Notes: a model not told the origin generated them from the letters alone. DNA of 64,000 nt from Candidatus Omnitrophota bacterium (GCA_903908245.1 CAIVRE010000002.1:90761-154760), one strand, 5' to 3'. Positions 32,303-42,906 are shown, counted from the first letter of the stretch. Translations and numbers: made by a program.

Positions 32303-33720
32303 TAATAAGCTCCTTTTCCTTTAAGCACGACAGGGAGCGTTTCCAGCAGGATGCTGACATCCAGCCAGAACGACCAATTATTAATATACCAGGTATCCCA
32401 CTTGATCAAACGATGGAAGGGAAGGTCGCTTCGGCCGCGCACCTGCCACAAACCCGTGATACCCGGGCGAACCTCCAGGCGTTTTAACTGTTTCGGATCT
32501 TCCTGCTCCACCTGGTCGAGCGGCAACGGCCGCGGGCCGACCAGGCTCATATCCCCCATCAGAACATTAAAAATTTGAGGAAGCTCGTCGAGGCTGTATT
32601 TTCTTAAAAATTTCCCGACCCCGGTCACGCGAGGGTCCTGGCGGATCTTGAAAATGGGCCCGTCCACCTCATTCTTCGCCTTAAGGTCACCCAGCATCGC
32701 GTCCGCATCCGCCACCATACTGCGGAATTTCCACATCTTGAACACCCGCCCGCTCCGTCCGTAACGGCTGGAAAAATAAAATATCGGGCCCTTGCTGTCG
32801 CATTTGATCAAAAGGCCGATCAACACAAAAACCGGCATCAGAAATACCAGTGCCAACCCGGATACGGCACAATCGAACAGGCGCTTGCCGTATTGCATAC
32901 GGTTATGGCCCAATTCAAAATACTCCAGGACCGGGATATAACCGATATTGAATTTGAAGATATCCCCGACCGCCTGGTCGAAGGCCACCGGGATCACACG
33001 CACCGCGACCCGCAGGTCCTTGGCGGTCTCGATCATGTCGTAGAAGACATTCCCCGGCGGGTGGATCGTAAAAAAAACCTTTTGCACAAAATTCTTCCGG
33101 ATGACCTCTTCCAGATTGGAAAGCTTTCCCAGCACTTTGTGGTCAGGCCCAAGCTCGGTCGTTGTCTTCACGTCATCAAGAAACCCGACCACCTTCAACC
33201 CCAAGCCTGGATGGCGCTTGATCTCCTGGTCGAGCATCATACCCGTCCGCCCGGCGCCAATGATCAGTACATTAAAATTGTTATAACCATTCGATGCCAG
33301 GAATTCGACAAAAAGCCTTTTGAGGAACCGCCACAGGCAGAACAACACAGTGGTAAAAACAACGATCAGCAGGAAAACCGACCGGGGGAACCCCACGATC
33401 TTCATGCTGTAAACGAATATCAGGACCGTGCCCGTCGCGAAAAGGATCGATCGGATCACCTGCCCGATCTCGTGCACCTCGATCACTTCCCGGCGGGTCT
33501 GATATAAATGATGAACGGCGTTAAAGAACAGGACCGTCACAAACCAGATCACAAAGACCAGATGGAACGGATTGCTCGCATCGAAGAACAATTCCTGCAG
33601 GGTCATCGGAAAAGCAGCTTGCCTGAGCCAGGAAGCAAGAAAAATGCTCAGAAAGATACACCCGATGTCAATGGAGACATAAGACAAACGAATAATGAAA
33701 GCCAGGGCTCTGCTAATCAT
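32302..33720 (-). CDS. undecaprenyl-phosphate sugar phosphotransferase (WbaP/CpsE-type initiating transferase)
   Basis: 472 aa. N-terminal TM helices plus the C-terminal bacterial sugar transferase domain ([57 protein letters not shown]). Confidence 0.9.
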
Positions 33721-34463
33721 TTTTTACGCGTGAGATCCATTATTAACCAATAAATAAAGAGAGTATTCCCGACCAAATACCGCTTCCAAAGCCGCCGCGG
33801 CTCACAACACAACCGGAACAGCCATTCCAGTCCGCCCGCCTGCATCCAGCGCGGCGCCTGAGGCTTGACACCCGCGTGAAAATCAAATGCCGCGCCAATA
33901 CCGATCATGACCGGAACATCCAGCGCCACACGGTTGAACGACATCCAGAAGTCCTGCTTTGGCGCGCCCAAACCCACCCAAAGGATATCAGGTTTGGCGG
34001 CATTGATCTCCCGGATCACATCCGCCGCAAGCGCTTCAGCCCTGTCTATATAAGCCGGCGATATCTTCCCAACTACTACAACCCCGGGGAATTTTGCCTT
34101 TAAATTGTGTTCCAATCTATCACAAACAGGCCCTGTTGCGCCATAAAAAAAATGACGAAATCCTTGCGGCCGGCCCTGGTCACACACTTGAAGCATCAGG
34201 TCGGGACCATACGTACGCCGCACATCCTTATTTCCTTTTAAACGGCCGAGCCAGGCCACAGGAGCGCCGTCGGGCGTGACCATCGCCGCCGCGTTGACCA
34301 CAGCCCTGTACTTCGGGTCGCGCCGGGCATCCACGATCGTTGACACCGGGGCCACACAAACATAGCCCTTACAACGAGATACGACCATGTCACGGATAGC
34401 GGCAAAGGCCGTATCCAGGTTCACCGCCGAAACGTGAACATCCAGGACATCATAACTAAACAT
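33717..34463 (-). CDS. WecB/TagA/CpsF-family glycosyltransferase (GT26)
   Basis: 248 aa. VTPDGAPVAWLGR...GVGAPKQDFWM matches GT26 signatures. Confidence 0.8.
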   Translation of the reverse strand: MFSYDVLDVHVSAVNLDTAFAAIRDMVVSRCKGYVCVAPVSTIVDARRDPKYRAVVNAAAMVTPDGAPVAWLGRLKGNKDVRRTYGPDLMLQVCDQGRPQGFRHFFYGATGPVCDRLEHNLKAKFPGVVVVGKISPAYIDRAEALAADVIREINAAKPDILWVGLGAPKQDFWMSFNRVALDVPVMIGIGAAFDFHAGVKPQAPRWMQAGGLEWLFRLCCEPRRLWKRYLVGNTLFIYWLIMDLTRKK

Positions 34464-34486
34464 ATCTTTATCACCACTAATAAGTA

Positions 34487-36028
34487 TTAATGCTCGCGGC
34501 CTATCACAAAAGTATTCGACGCGCTCCTGACATCCACCAGAAATGGCGCGAATGCAACATCAGGCGCAGCCACTTCAACGATCTCCCCGGCCCGGACGGT
34601 CCTGGCCCTTTCCAATAACGCTCTGTCCTCGGCCCTTAAGACACCATACGCCGATCGACCAAAGTCTGGCCGATGCGCACGGACAACAGACGCCGCGGTC
34701 ATCGACAAGGCCAACAAGATACATCCCAGGAAAATGCGCGAAGGCTTGCCCAGCTCAACAGCCACAAAAATAAACATCCCGACCAAAGGGATCAACAGGA
34801 AACGGCTCTGCTGTGACCCGAAAAACCATAAAGCCCAATATACCACAACAAAAACCGCCAGGACAGGCATCTTTCGGTCCTTGAGCCTCTGCCAGGATAT
34901 CAACAGGAATGGAAATAGAGAAATCAGAAATATCAAACCTAGTGGATAATCAAAAGAATTATTCACGCCTTTTTCAGGAACAGCAATAAGCCAGAAATGT
35001 CCCATGAACGCGAGCAAAGAACGGCCATGGCCATAACCGTCCTTGATCTCTTTCCAGATACAGGAAACCTGATCCACCGAAGAAAGCCTCTCGCGATGGC
35101 CCGGCGCGCAATCATCCCGGCTTAAAACAACCCTGGTCACCGGATAAAGCGGCGTTCCCGCGACCAAAATTGATTTGGCCATGAACGGGCCGGCGACAAG
35201 AATACTGGCCAACAAAAAATAAAACGCACCCTTCTTCCAGGGATAACTGGGAAAAACAACACTCCCCCGCGCTATACGAAAAACAAGATAGGACACGATC
35301 ATCCCGATCAAGACCATCACCATCAACGCCGGCATCAACGGCTTCGACCAGAGAAAGAACGCAAACTCAACAGCCGCCAACCTTATGTTACCCGACAAAA
35401 AACTATCAACAGCCGCGAAGAACAAATAACAAAGCGCTATATCCAGCATCCCGGTCCCGACCTGAATACCAAAAGAATGAAGGCCAAACACAGCCGTCAC
35501 CGCAACGACCGATGCCGCCATCCGCCCGTTGGACCAGCGCGCCGTCAAACAAGCGGCCACGGCGGCTACTCCCAACATAAAACAAAATTGTGGCCATTTA
35601 TTAGGTAATTCCGTTGCCAGCCAGAAAGGCGCAAGGGCAAAATCAATGGGCAACAGGAAGAGATCTGCCGATGACCATGGCAAATGCGCAAAAGATCCGG
35701 CGATCAAGTGCTGACGGGGCAACGTAATATGGTAATTAATAACATCGAATTCCTGGGGCAGGTGCGGCGGAAGCAAAGACGCGGCGAATGCAACACAAAC
35801 AATAACGCCCACAAGCCCGGCCGCCGCGAATAAAAACCATTTGGGCAAGTCCAGTGCGCGGACCACGATCTTTTCACGACAGACAACCGCCAGGGCCGCT
35901 ATCGCGAACAAGACCGTCGCGATCCAGGAAGTATGCCCTGTAGAATGAGGCCAGGCATAAAGCTCCAGCCAGTAGATCGGATAACCTATTAAAAGAAGCA
36001 ATGTTGGAAGATGGGCGAGCGGTATCAT
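34487..36028 (-). CDS. polytopic membrane protein of the glycan locus, unknown family
   Basis: 513 aa with about 12 hydrophobic helices. No diagnostic motif found. Confidence 0.5.
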   Translation of the reverse strand: MIPLAHLPTLLLLIGYPIYWLELYAWPHSTGHTSWIATVLFAIAALAVVCREKIVVRALDLPKWFLFAAAGLVGVIVCVAFAASLLPPHLPQEFDVINYHITLPRQHLIAGSFAHLPWSSADLFLLPIDFALAPFWLATELPNKWPQFCFMLGVAAVAACLTARWSNGRMAASVVAVTAVFGLHSFGIQVGTGMLDIALCYLFFAAVDSFLSGNIRLAAVEFAFFLWSKPLMPALMVMVLIGMIVSYLVFRIARGSVVFPSYPWKKGAFYFLLASILVAGPFMAKSILVAGTPLYPVTRVVLSRDDCAPGHRERLSSVDQVSCIWKEIKDGYGHGRSLLAFMGHFWLIAVPEKGVNNSFDYPLGLIFLISLFPFLLISWQRLKDRKMPVLAVFVVVYWALWFFGSQQSRFLLIPLVGMFIFVAVELGKPSRIFLGCILLALSMTAASVVRAHRPDFGRSAYGVLRAEDRALLERARTVRAGEIVEVAAPDVAFAPFLVDVRSASNTFVIGREH

Positions 36029-36101
36029 CGCGCGATAAAAACAACCGCCCGCCAGGCAAGATAAACAACCGTAATAATAATGCAGTAAATATCAACCGCT
36101 C

Positions 36102-37262
36102 TCATGAAAGAATATCTCCACCCCACAACTGCTGACAAAAGTCTTGCCATGGCATGATCATAATATCCCCCACCCGGCGCATGGCGCGTTCATTACAAAC
36201 AAGGATCGCTTTCCTGGGTTTATACTGATCAACAAAAGATCGTAATCCCCGCATATCCGCGCTATCAACCCTTGAGACACCTTTAACCTCCACCGCCACT
36301 TCTCCGCCGGCCAGAACAAAGTCAACCTCATGCCCCGACTTGGTCCGCCAATAATTGATCTCAAAATCCTTACGGTCATATTCACGGAACGCGGCCAATT
36401 CCATAAAAATAAAATGTTCAAACGCTTTCCCGAAAACATCCCCTTTTAGGTCATGGATCTTCCGTTTAAGCACAGCACCCGCCACCCCGACATCAAAAAG
36501 ATAAAATTTCTCCGCCCGGGTAATAACGCCCCTGTCCTGGGATCGTTTAAAGGGAGCCACCAAACGCCCCAGAAGGGTATCCACCAGGATCTGATAATAT
36601 TCCCTGACCGTTTTCGCCTCCACACCGCAATCACGCGCGATATTCGCGAAATTCAACATTTCACCATGGGAATAACTCATGGCATCAAAGAATCTTGAGA
36701 ACGCGGGAATGTTGCGCACCAACCCCTCGCTCGCAACCTCTTCTTTCAGGTAATCCTGCACATAAGCCGTCAAAGACCGTTGCGCGTCATCCTGCAAATA
36801 GTGGGAAGGGATCAATCCGTTATTCAATGCTTTTAACAAGTTGAAGCGCGGCAATTCCGCGGAAACAAACGGGAGCATTTCATATCGCCACGCCCTGCCG
36901 CCCAAAAGATTGGCGTGCCCGCGCCTCAACTTGCGGGCGCTTGAACCGCAGAGAATGAACCGCAGCCCTTTCTCTTCGATCAAATAATGGACCTCATCCA
37001 TCACTGCCGGGATCTTCTGAACTTCATCAAGGATAACAGGATGGGAAAGCTGTACAGGCGTCAACCCCAGGATCCGGTGCCGCAGGACAGAAGGGCTTTT
37101 ACTCACATCAAAAAAAAGGTCTGTATCAAGAAAATTAAATGAAACACTATCAGGGAAATTCTTACGTAAGAATGTCGTCTTCCCCGTCTTGCGCGGGCCC
37201 CATAAAAAAGCTGACTGCCGGGAAGGAAGCTTTATTCTCAATCGACGGATCATGTTTTCCAT
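36102..37262 (-). CDS. AAA+ ATPase fused to a C-terminal PD-(D/E)xK nuclease-like domain (COG1373 / AAA_14+DUF4143 type), paralog 1
   Basis: Walker A GPRKTGKTTFL, Walker B VILDEVQKIP. The C-terminus has HEVDFVLAGGEVAVEVKGVS, a D...(D/E)xK nuclease-like motif. Confidence 0.8.
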   Translation of the reverse strand: MENMIRRLRIKLPSRQSAFLWGPRKTGKTTFLRKNFPDSVSFNFLDTDLFFDVSKSPSVLRHRILGLTPVQLSHPVILDEVQKIPAVMDEVHYLIEEKGLRFILCGSSARKLRRGHANLLGGRAWRYEMLPFVSAELPRFNLLKALNNGLIPSHYLQDDAQRSLTAYVQDYLKEEVASEGLVRNIPAFSRFFDAMSYSHGEMLNFANIARDCGVEAKTVREYYQILVDTLLGRLVAPFKRSQDRGVITRAEKFYLFDVGVAGAVLKRKIHDLKGDVFGKAFEHFIFMELAAFREYDRKDFEINYWRTKSGHEVDFVLAGGEVAVEVKGVSRVDSADMRGLRSFVDQYKPRKAILVCNERAMRRVGDIMIMPWQDFCQQLWGGDILS

Positions 37263-37336
37263 ACAGGAACAAACTCCCTTGGGGTTCTACCAATCGGGAA
37301 TATACTACATATAAGTTATACTTGCAAGGCCTTTCT

Positions 37337-38377
37337 TCATCGAAATAATTTCTTATTCTGTTCGATCCACTCCACGATCCGGGTAACGCCCTCCCGTGGA
37401 ACGACCGTCGGTTTCCATTGAAGCGATCGTTTGACTTTGGCAATATCGGAAATATAAACCTTCTGGTCGAACTTGCGCCAGTCATCAAACCCGACCTTGA
37501 CCGAACGACCCGTAATATCCTCGAGCAACCCGATGAGTTCCAAAAGCGAAAGCGTGTTGTCCGGCCCGCCGCCAATATTTAAAACAACCGAAGGGTCTTT
37601 GGACAGAATAAATTTATCGAACGCATTGACCAGGTCCCCCACCCACAGCACATCGCGCACCTGCTTACCGTCCCCGTAGATCGTGAGCGGCTTGCCCTGG
37701 ATAAACCGGATCGCGAACCAGGCGATCCAGCCCTGGTCCTCAAACCCGAACTGCCGCGTGCCATAAGTGCAGCTCATGCGAAAAACCCCGGTGCGCAAGC
37801 CGAACGACTGCGCCGCGTCCTGGACATAAAGGTCGCCCGTCAACTTGGAAACGCCATAAGGCGTATGCCCGCAATGATCAATGGAACAGGTTTCCGGCAC
37901 GCCCTTGATCGTACGAAAGACATACCGGGTCTTTTTCTCAAGGATCGGATAACGATTCACGTTATCCCCATAAACTTTATTGGTCGAACAATACACCAGC
38001 GCGGCCTTGGGGTTGGCCTGACGCAAAGCCTCAACAACATTCAACGATCCAACAGCATTGATGGAAGCATCCTCGCAGGGATCCGCCAGAGAGAACCCCA
38101 CCCCCGGCTGGCCCGCGGCATGAACTACGGCATCGGGCTTGAATTTTTTAAACGTCGCTTCCAGGATTTTACGATCGCGGATATCCGCCTTGACCAACTG
38201 GATATTCCTGAACTGTTTTAAAAAATTCCAGTTGTACTCAACAGACTTCTTGTCGACGCCAAATATCTTCGAACGCATCAGGTTGTCGTAGACCAGGACC
38301 TCACAGCCCTTGTTGGCAAAATGTTCCGCCGCATGCGAGCCCACCATCCCCGCGCCGCCTGTGATCAGTATCTTCAT
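37337..38377 (-). CDS. NAD-dependent sugar-nucleotide epimerase/dehydratase (CDP-paratose 2-epimerase-like)
   Basis: MKILITGGAGMVGSH...VLVYDNLMRSKIFGVDKKSVEYNWNFL...catalytic YxxxK. The insertion after the Rossmann motif resembles the TyvE-like subgroup. Confidence 0.75.
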   Translation of the reverse strand: MKILITGGAGMVGSHAAEHFANKGCEVLVYDNLMRSKIFGVDKKSVEYNWNFLKQFRNIQLVKADIRDRKILEATFKKFKPDAVVHAAGQPGVGFSLADPCEDASINAVGSLNVVEALRQANPKAALVYCSTNKVYGDNVNRYPILEKKTRYVFRTIKGVPETCSIDHCGHTPYGVSKLTGDLYVQDAAQSFGLRTGVFRMSCTYGTRQFGFEDQGWIAWFAIRFIQGKPLTIYGDGKQVRDVLWVGDLVNAFDKFILSKDPSVVLNIGGGPDNTLSLLELIGLLEDITGRSVKVGFDDWRKFDQKVYISDIAKVKRSLQWKPTVVPREGVTRIVEWIEQNKKLFR

Positions 38378-38426
38378 TTGTCTCTCCTGAATCGTTTGGA
38401 AAAACCCGGATCCTTAACTCAACGAT

Positions 38427-39737
38427 CTATTCCGCCAAAACATACTCCTGGAACTTCCACAACAAATAGAGCGGGATATTCCTCAACCTCTCACCGGAAA
38501 GATTGTCCAGGGATGTTGTCACCGCGATCTCCGGCGAATATCTCTTCCTGTACTCCGCAAGGCTGCGGGATCTGTTATTACGCCCGGATTTCACTTCAAC
38601 AGGCACAATCCCTGACCCGATCTGTACTATAAAATCAAGCTCTGCCAAATTATTAGACTTCCAATAAAACGGCATAGAAATACCGGAATTCAACAACTCC
38701 GTCAATACAAAGTTCTCCGCCAAAGCCCCTTTAAACTCTTTGTACACCTCCGGTCCTTGATAGATCGTCTCGGCAGGCAATTGGGCCATTTTTCTCAATA
38801 AGCCAACATCCGCCGCATACAATTTAAAGTAATTACGATCGGCATACGCGCAAAGAGGCATAAACGGTTTCTCTATCCTGGCAACTTTATGAACCATACC
38901 GGCCGCGATCAGCCATTCAAGGGCATCTTCAAGCTCTTTCGCCCTTGCCCCCGGCCTGACATGGCTAAAAATAAATTTGCCATTCTCCCTGGCAAGCTGG
39001 CTGGGAATGGACTTCCAGATCAGATTCAACCTTGGAATATCCGCTACAGGCGCGTGCTTGGCAAAATCCAGTTCGTAAGAATCCAATATCTGCTGCTGAA
39101 CCATTTCGACAGCAGAAACATCTTTTGTTTCTACCCATTTAGCAACAGCTTCCGGCATACCACCCGTAATATAATAATTTCTCAAGAGATCAACCAGTCT
39201 CCCGGTAAACAATTCAGGGATCGGCTCCGACTTCTTCAAGCCAGACAAGAAATCAAGGATATCTTTTCCCTGTTCCGCCAAAACAAATTCATAGAAACCC
39301 ATCGGGCGCAATGTCAGAAAATCAACCTTGCCGACAGGAAAAGAAAATGGCTTTGCTACGGCGATCCCGATCAATGATCCAGCGCAAACCACATGATACT
39401 CAGGCGCTTTCTCACAGAAATACTTCAAAGAGGTTAAAGCAAGGCCGCAAAATTGTATCTCATCAAAAATGATCAACGTTGCTTCAGGCCTAATGGCTTT
39501 TCCGCGAAACACGCCCAACTCTGTAACTATTCGCCGAGGATCAAGGTCCCGCTCAAAACATTTCTGTAAATGTTCATTACCTTCAAAATTAAAATAAGCG
39601 ACATCATCATAAGCTCGCCTTCCAAATTCTTTAAGAAGATAAGTCTTCCCGGACTGCCGCAACCCCTTTACTAATAGTGGCTTGCGAACCTTTGAATCTT
39701 TCCAGTTATAAAGGTCTTTTATCGCTGATCTATCCAT
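38427..39737 (-). CDS. AAA+ ATPase fused to a PD-(D/E)xK nuclease-like domain (COG1373 type), paralog 2
   Basis: Walker A GLRQSGKTYLL, Walker B LIIFDEIQFCG. The C-terminus has AELDFIVQIGSGIVPVEVKSG. Confidence 0.8.
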   Translation of the reverse strand: MDRSAIKDLYNWKDSKVRKPLLVKGLRQSGKTYLLKEFGRRAYDDVAYFNFEGNEHLQKCFERDLDPRRIVTELGVFRGKAIRPEATLIIFDEIQFCGLALTSLKYFCEKAPEYHVVCAGSLIGIAVAKPFSFPVGKVDFLTLRPMGFYEFVLAEQGKDILDFLSGLKKSEPIPELFTGRLVDLLRNYYITGGMPEAVAKWVETKDVSAVEMVQQQILDSYELDFAKHAPVADIPRLNLIWKSIPSQLARENGKFIFSHVRPGARAKELEDALEWLIAAGMVHKVARIEKPFMPLCAYADRNYFKLYAADVGLLRKMAQLPAETIYQGPEVYKEFKGALAENFVLTELLNSGISMPFYWKSNNLAELDFIVQIGSGIVPVEVKSGRNNRSRSLAEYRKRYSPEIAVTTSLDNLSGERLRNIPLYLLWKFQEYVLAE

Positions 39738-39795
39738 ACGGTCAAATATACCATAATTGGCATATAAAATGCAATAATATCTGCATTATTGGCAC

Positions 39796-40569
39796 TTAAT
39801 CGCGCTTGTTGCTCGACATAAATAAAGTCCGATGCTTGGCAATGATGCGTTTCAAATAATTGATGAGCGTGAAATACTCATTGATCGTCCGCAGGACATT
39901 GATCTTGCTCGCTCCCTTTTTCTTGCCGTAATTATACACAAAAGGGACCTCGATGATCTTGTCCGTCAAAAGGGACAGCTTGACCAGAAGCTCCGCGTTG
40001 GCCACAAACCCTTTGGATTGTATCAACCCGAACGGCCCGAAATATTCCGACGCTTTCTTGAGCACGCCCGCCCGATAGGCCCTGAAGAAAATCGTGTAAT
40101 CTTCCACGGAAGCAACAGGGAAAAATGCCCGCATCAGGCGGTTGGCGCAATGACTAAAGACCACTCTTGGTAATGGAAAATTGACATATTTCCCGCCCGG
40201 AAGATACCGCGAAGCAACCACAATATCCGCCTCGCCACTGGTAATGCGCCCGGCCATGGGCAAGACCAGGTCCTGCTCGCTCGTCTGGTCGCTTTCCATA
40301 ATAACGACCACATCATCATCGGCAGCGCCTTTAAGCGCCTCATGAATACCCGCGGAAAATACCGCGCCGACATTCATATTGATGACCGAACCCGAGATCA
40401 CAAGGTCATTGCCCTGTTCTTTTTTAAGGAATTCCAGGGAACCGTCGGTAGAACCGTCATTGACCGCGACCATCCGGTACGGCTTGCCCGCCATCATCCG
40501 GCGGATACCCGCGATAAGCCCGGGCAAATTGTCTTTTTCGTTATAAACAGGAAATATGAAATGGATCAT
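39796..40569 (-). CDS. GT2 polyprenyl-phosphate glycosyltransferase (Dpm1/GtrB/ArnC-like)
   Basis: IFPVYNEKDNLPGLIAGIRRMM...VNDGSTDGS. The likely true start is the ATG at 40569 (MIHFIFPVYNE). The track ORF extends to 40671 but that overlaps the upstream gene. Confidence 0.8.
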   Translation of the reverse strand: MIHFIFPVYNEKDNLPGLIAGIRRMMAGKPYRMVAVNDGSTDGSLEFLKKEQGNDLVISGSVINMNVGAVFSAGIHEALKGAADDDVVVIMESDQTSEQDLVLPMAGRITSGEADIVVASRYLPGGKYVNFPLPRVVFSHCANRLMRAFFPVASVEDYTIFFRAYRAGVLKKASEYFGPFGLIQSKGFVANAELLVKLSLLTDKIIEVPFVYNYGKKKGASKINVLRTINEYFTLINYLKRIIAKHRTLFMSSNKRD

Positions 40570-41651
40570 GCTTTTTTGTACCCTTTCCATGACAACAACG
40601 AATCCCACAGCCATCCCAACAGGAACGCCGCAAGCGGCATGACCCAGGTGATCTGGCGCAGGAGAAACCAATATTGTTTAAAAAGTGTCGTAAGCAACAC
40701 AAACTGAAGACCAAGGACGACAACCAGAAGCAGGAACCCGGCCTGCTTGCGCCGCTGATCATTCCACGGCACGAACAAAGCCAGCAACCCAATGGCTGTC
40801 CATTTCAACTTGGAGAATCCGATCATGTTACCGAAGATCGCCTTCAAGAACCCGCCCATATCCGCCAACGGATTAGGCAGGTATTCAAACACAGGCCGCG
40901 TTTGCTCGAACGCGGATCGCTCAAAACCAAATATCCCGAGGTTAGGCGCGGCATACCAAAGCCACATCCCGGCCAGACAACTAAAAATAAGCAGAAGATA
41001 GATCAAGAACGCCCCGGATACCGGCTCGGATCTGAGATCATTACGCCGGGAAAGGAACTGAAAGATCAACAGAAGCGTCAGAATAACAAAACTGTAAATA
41101 TGGAAACTGACAAAATAAACAAGGAACAACGCGATCAAGCCCTTGGACCAAACATTCATCCGCCGAAACCCGGTGAACAACAGGTCCAGACACAGAAACC
41201 CGCCCAAAGCCAGGATCGGCAGAACGCCGTAAGGCCGAAATTCAAACGCATGATAGACCAGGCTCTGATTCATGGCCACAACGGCAAATGTCACAACAAA
41301 CGCGAACGCTGTCCGAAAATACCGGCGGCACAGAAAATACAAGATCACAAAGCCAATGATCGCGACCAGGATATGGGGGATCATAATGCCCCACTTATTA
41401 TTCCCGAACAAGGTTACGAACGGCCAGGAGATCAGATAATCGCCGGGGAAACAGGAGAAATCGCCATAAGCATTATGCGACCAGAAATGCTTGAACGGCC
41501 CCTGGATCAAACCTAACTGATAGATCTCGTCGCCCCAAAGTTCACGCCCCGCCAGTGAAGCAAAACGCTGCTGAAGCCCCAAGAGAGACACTAACCCGCA
41601 GATCAGCGGAATACGCCAGGCGTAACATTTTGAAAAGATCCTGCCTATCAT
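40566..41651 (-). CDS. GT-C-fold membrane glycosyltransferase partner of the Dpm1-like GT2
   Basis: 361 aa, polytopic. Has an N-terminal ELWGDEIYQ motif (the W-x-DE-x-Y motif in the first extracytoplasmic loop typical of ArnT/PMT-like GT-C enzymes). Ends where the GT2 gene begins. Confidence 0.55.
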   Translation of the reverse strand: MIGRIFSKCYAWRIPLICGLVSLLGLQQRFASLAGRELWGDEIYQLGLIQGPFKHFWSHNAYGDFSCFPGDYLISWPFVTLFGNNKWGIMIPHILVAIIGFVILYFLCRRYFRTAFAFVVTFAVVAMNQSLVYHAFEFRPYGVLPILALGGFLCLDLLFTGFRRMNVWSKGLIALFLVYFVSFHIYSFVILTLLLIFQFLSRRNDLRSEPVSGAFLIYLLLIFSCLAGMWLWYAAPNLGIFGFERSAFEQTRPVFEYLPNPLADMGGFLKAIFGNMIGFSKLKWTAIGLLALFVPWNDQRRKQAGFLLLVVVLGLQFVLLTTLFKQYWFLLRQITWVMPLAAFLLGWLWDSLLSWKGYKKA

Positions 41652-41679
41652 CCCTCGTCCTTATCACTTCCCGAACCGA

Positions 41680-42906
41680 TCAAAAAGCGGTCCAAGGAAT
41701 AGCATAAATATTCGTCGCCACTGAGTAGGTCTTGCGCCCGCCATAAACAATGATCCCCTTGCCTGCTTCCGGATGGGCCGCGAGGAACTCCCGCATTGAC
41801 CGGGTATCTTTGAAATTAATTTCATTCGATGATTTCACCTCAACCCCAATAACCTGGCCGCTGGAACGGATCACAAAATCAACCTCAGCCGCTCCATTCT
41901 TTGGCCTCCAATAAAACAATTCCGGCGTGATCATCTGCAGGGAAGCCCAGGACATTATCTGTTGAAGGACAAAATTCTCAAAATAACGCCCTTTGATCTC
42001 GGTTTTACCCAAACCGCGGGAAGAATGGATCCCCGCGAGAAAACACGCCACCCCTGAATCAAACCAATAATATTTAGCCTGCTTATACGCCCTCTCCCCC
42101 TTAACGGAATATCCCTTTAATTCATACAATAAATTGGTATCCTTCAGAAGACTCATATATCTGCTGACATTTGTCCTGGTTTCGCCGCAAAACTTCGACA
42201 ATTCCTCCTGCACGCTCTCCCAGCCAGTCGCCTGAGCCAAAGCCTCCATTAATCGGCGAAAATGCTCGGGATGCCGTATCCTTACCAGATCCTGAATATC
42301 CCGTTGAATAAAAGTATCCACATAGCTGTTCATCCTCTCCAACGCGATCTTGTCGTTCCTGGCCAATACAACACCCGGCAGGCAACCCCGCCATACAACT
42401 TGCGGCATATTACCATCCGAAGATGCATCCCCCGGCTTGGCCTCTTTGCCTTCCCATATCTGATCAAATACACCCGCCGTCAACGTCGGATTTAATTCTC
42501 TCGATGAAAAACCCGTTAAATGCAAATATTTTGCCCGTCCGGCCAAAGTTTCCCGGGGAGCCTGGCGTAATGAAATATTCCCGGAGCCTGATAGAACAAA
42601 TTTCCGCTGACGATCAGACTTATCAACAAAATATTTTACTGTCACCAATAATTCGGGAGATCTTTGGATCTCGTCAATAATGGTCGGCCTGTCCTGCGAA
42701 AGCAATCCCTTGGGGTCTTCCTTGGCTTGCGCCAGGACATCCGCGTCATCCAGGGTCAAATATCGCCAATCCTTTAAAAAGCCCGCTTGCTCCAGAAGCG
42801 TGCTCTTGCCAACCTGCCTTGGCCCTGTCAGAATGACCACCGGATGCGAATGAAAAGCCTCCGCGATCCGCGCCTCCATCCGACGTGAAATATACTTCAT
42901 ACGCAA
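41680..42906 (-). CDS. AAA+ ATPase fused to a PD-(D/E)xK nuclease-like domain (COG1373 type), paralog 3
   Basis: Walker A GPRQVGKSTLL, Walker B TIIDEIQRSP. The C-terminus has AAEVDFVIRSSGQVIGVEVKSS. Confidence 0.8.
   Translation of the reverse strand: MRMKYISRRMEARIAEAFHSHPVVILTGPRQVGKSTLLEQAGFLKDWRYLTLDDADVLAQAKEDPKGLLSQDRPTIIDEIQRSPELLVTVKYFVDKSDRQRKFVLSGSGNISLRQAPRETLAGRAKYLHLTGFSSRELNPTLTAGVFDQIWEGKEAKPGDASSDGNMPQVVWRGCLPGVVLARNDKIALERMNSYVDTFIQRDIQDLVRIRHPEHFRRLMEALAQATGWESVQEELSKFCGETRTNVSRYMSLLKDTNLLYELKGYSVKGERAYKQAKYYWFDSGVACFLAGIHSSRGLGKTEIKGRYFENFVLQQIMSWASLQMITPELFYWRPKNGAAEVDFVIRSSGQVIGVEVKSSNEINFKDTRSMREFLAAHPEAGKGIIVYGGRKTYSVATNIYAIPWTAF

Noticed and set aside
39796-40671. Longer GT2 ORF starting at 40671 (MVSPAPDHLG...)
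   Set aside because: The extra N-terminal 34 codons overlap the end of the upstream membrane-protein gene. The ATG at 40569 gives the canonical GT2 N-terminus MIHFIFPVYNE directly at the upstream gene's stop.
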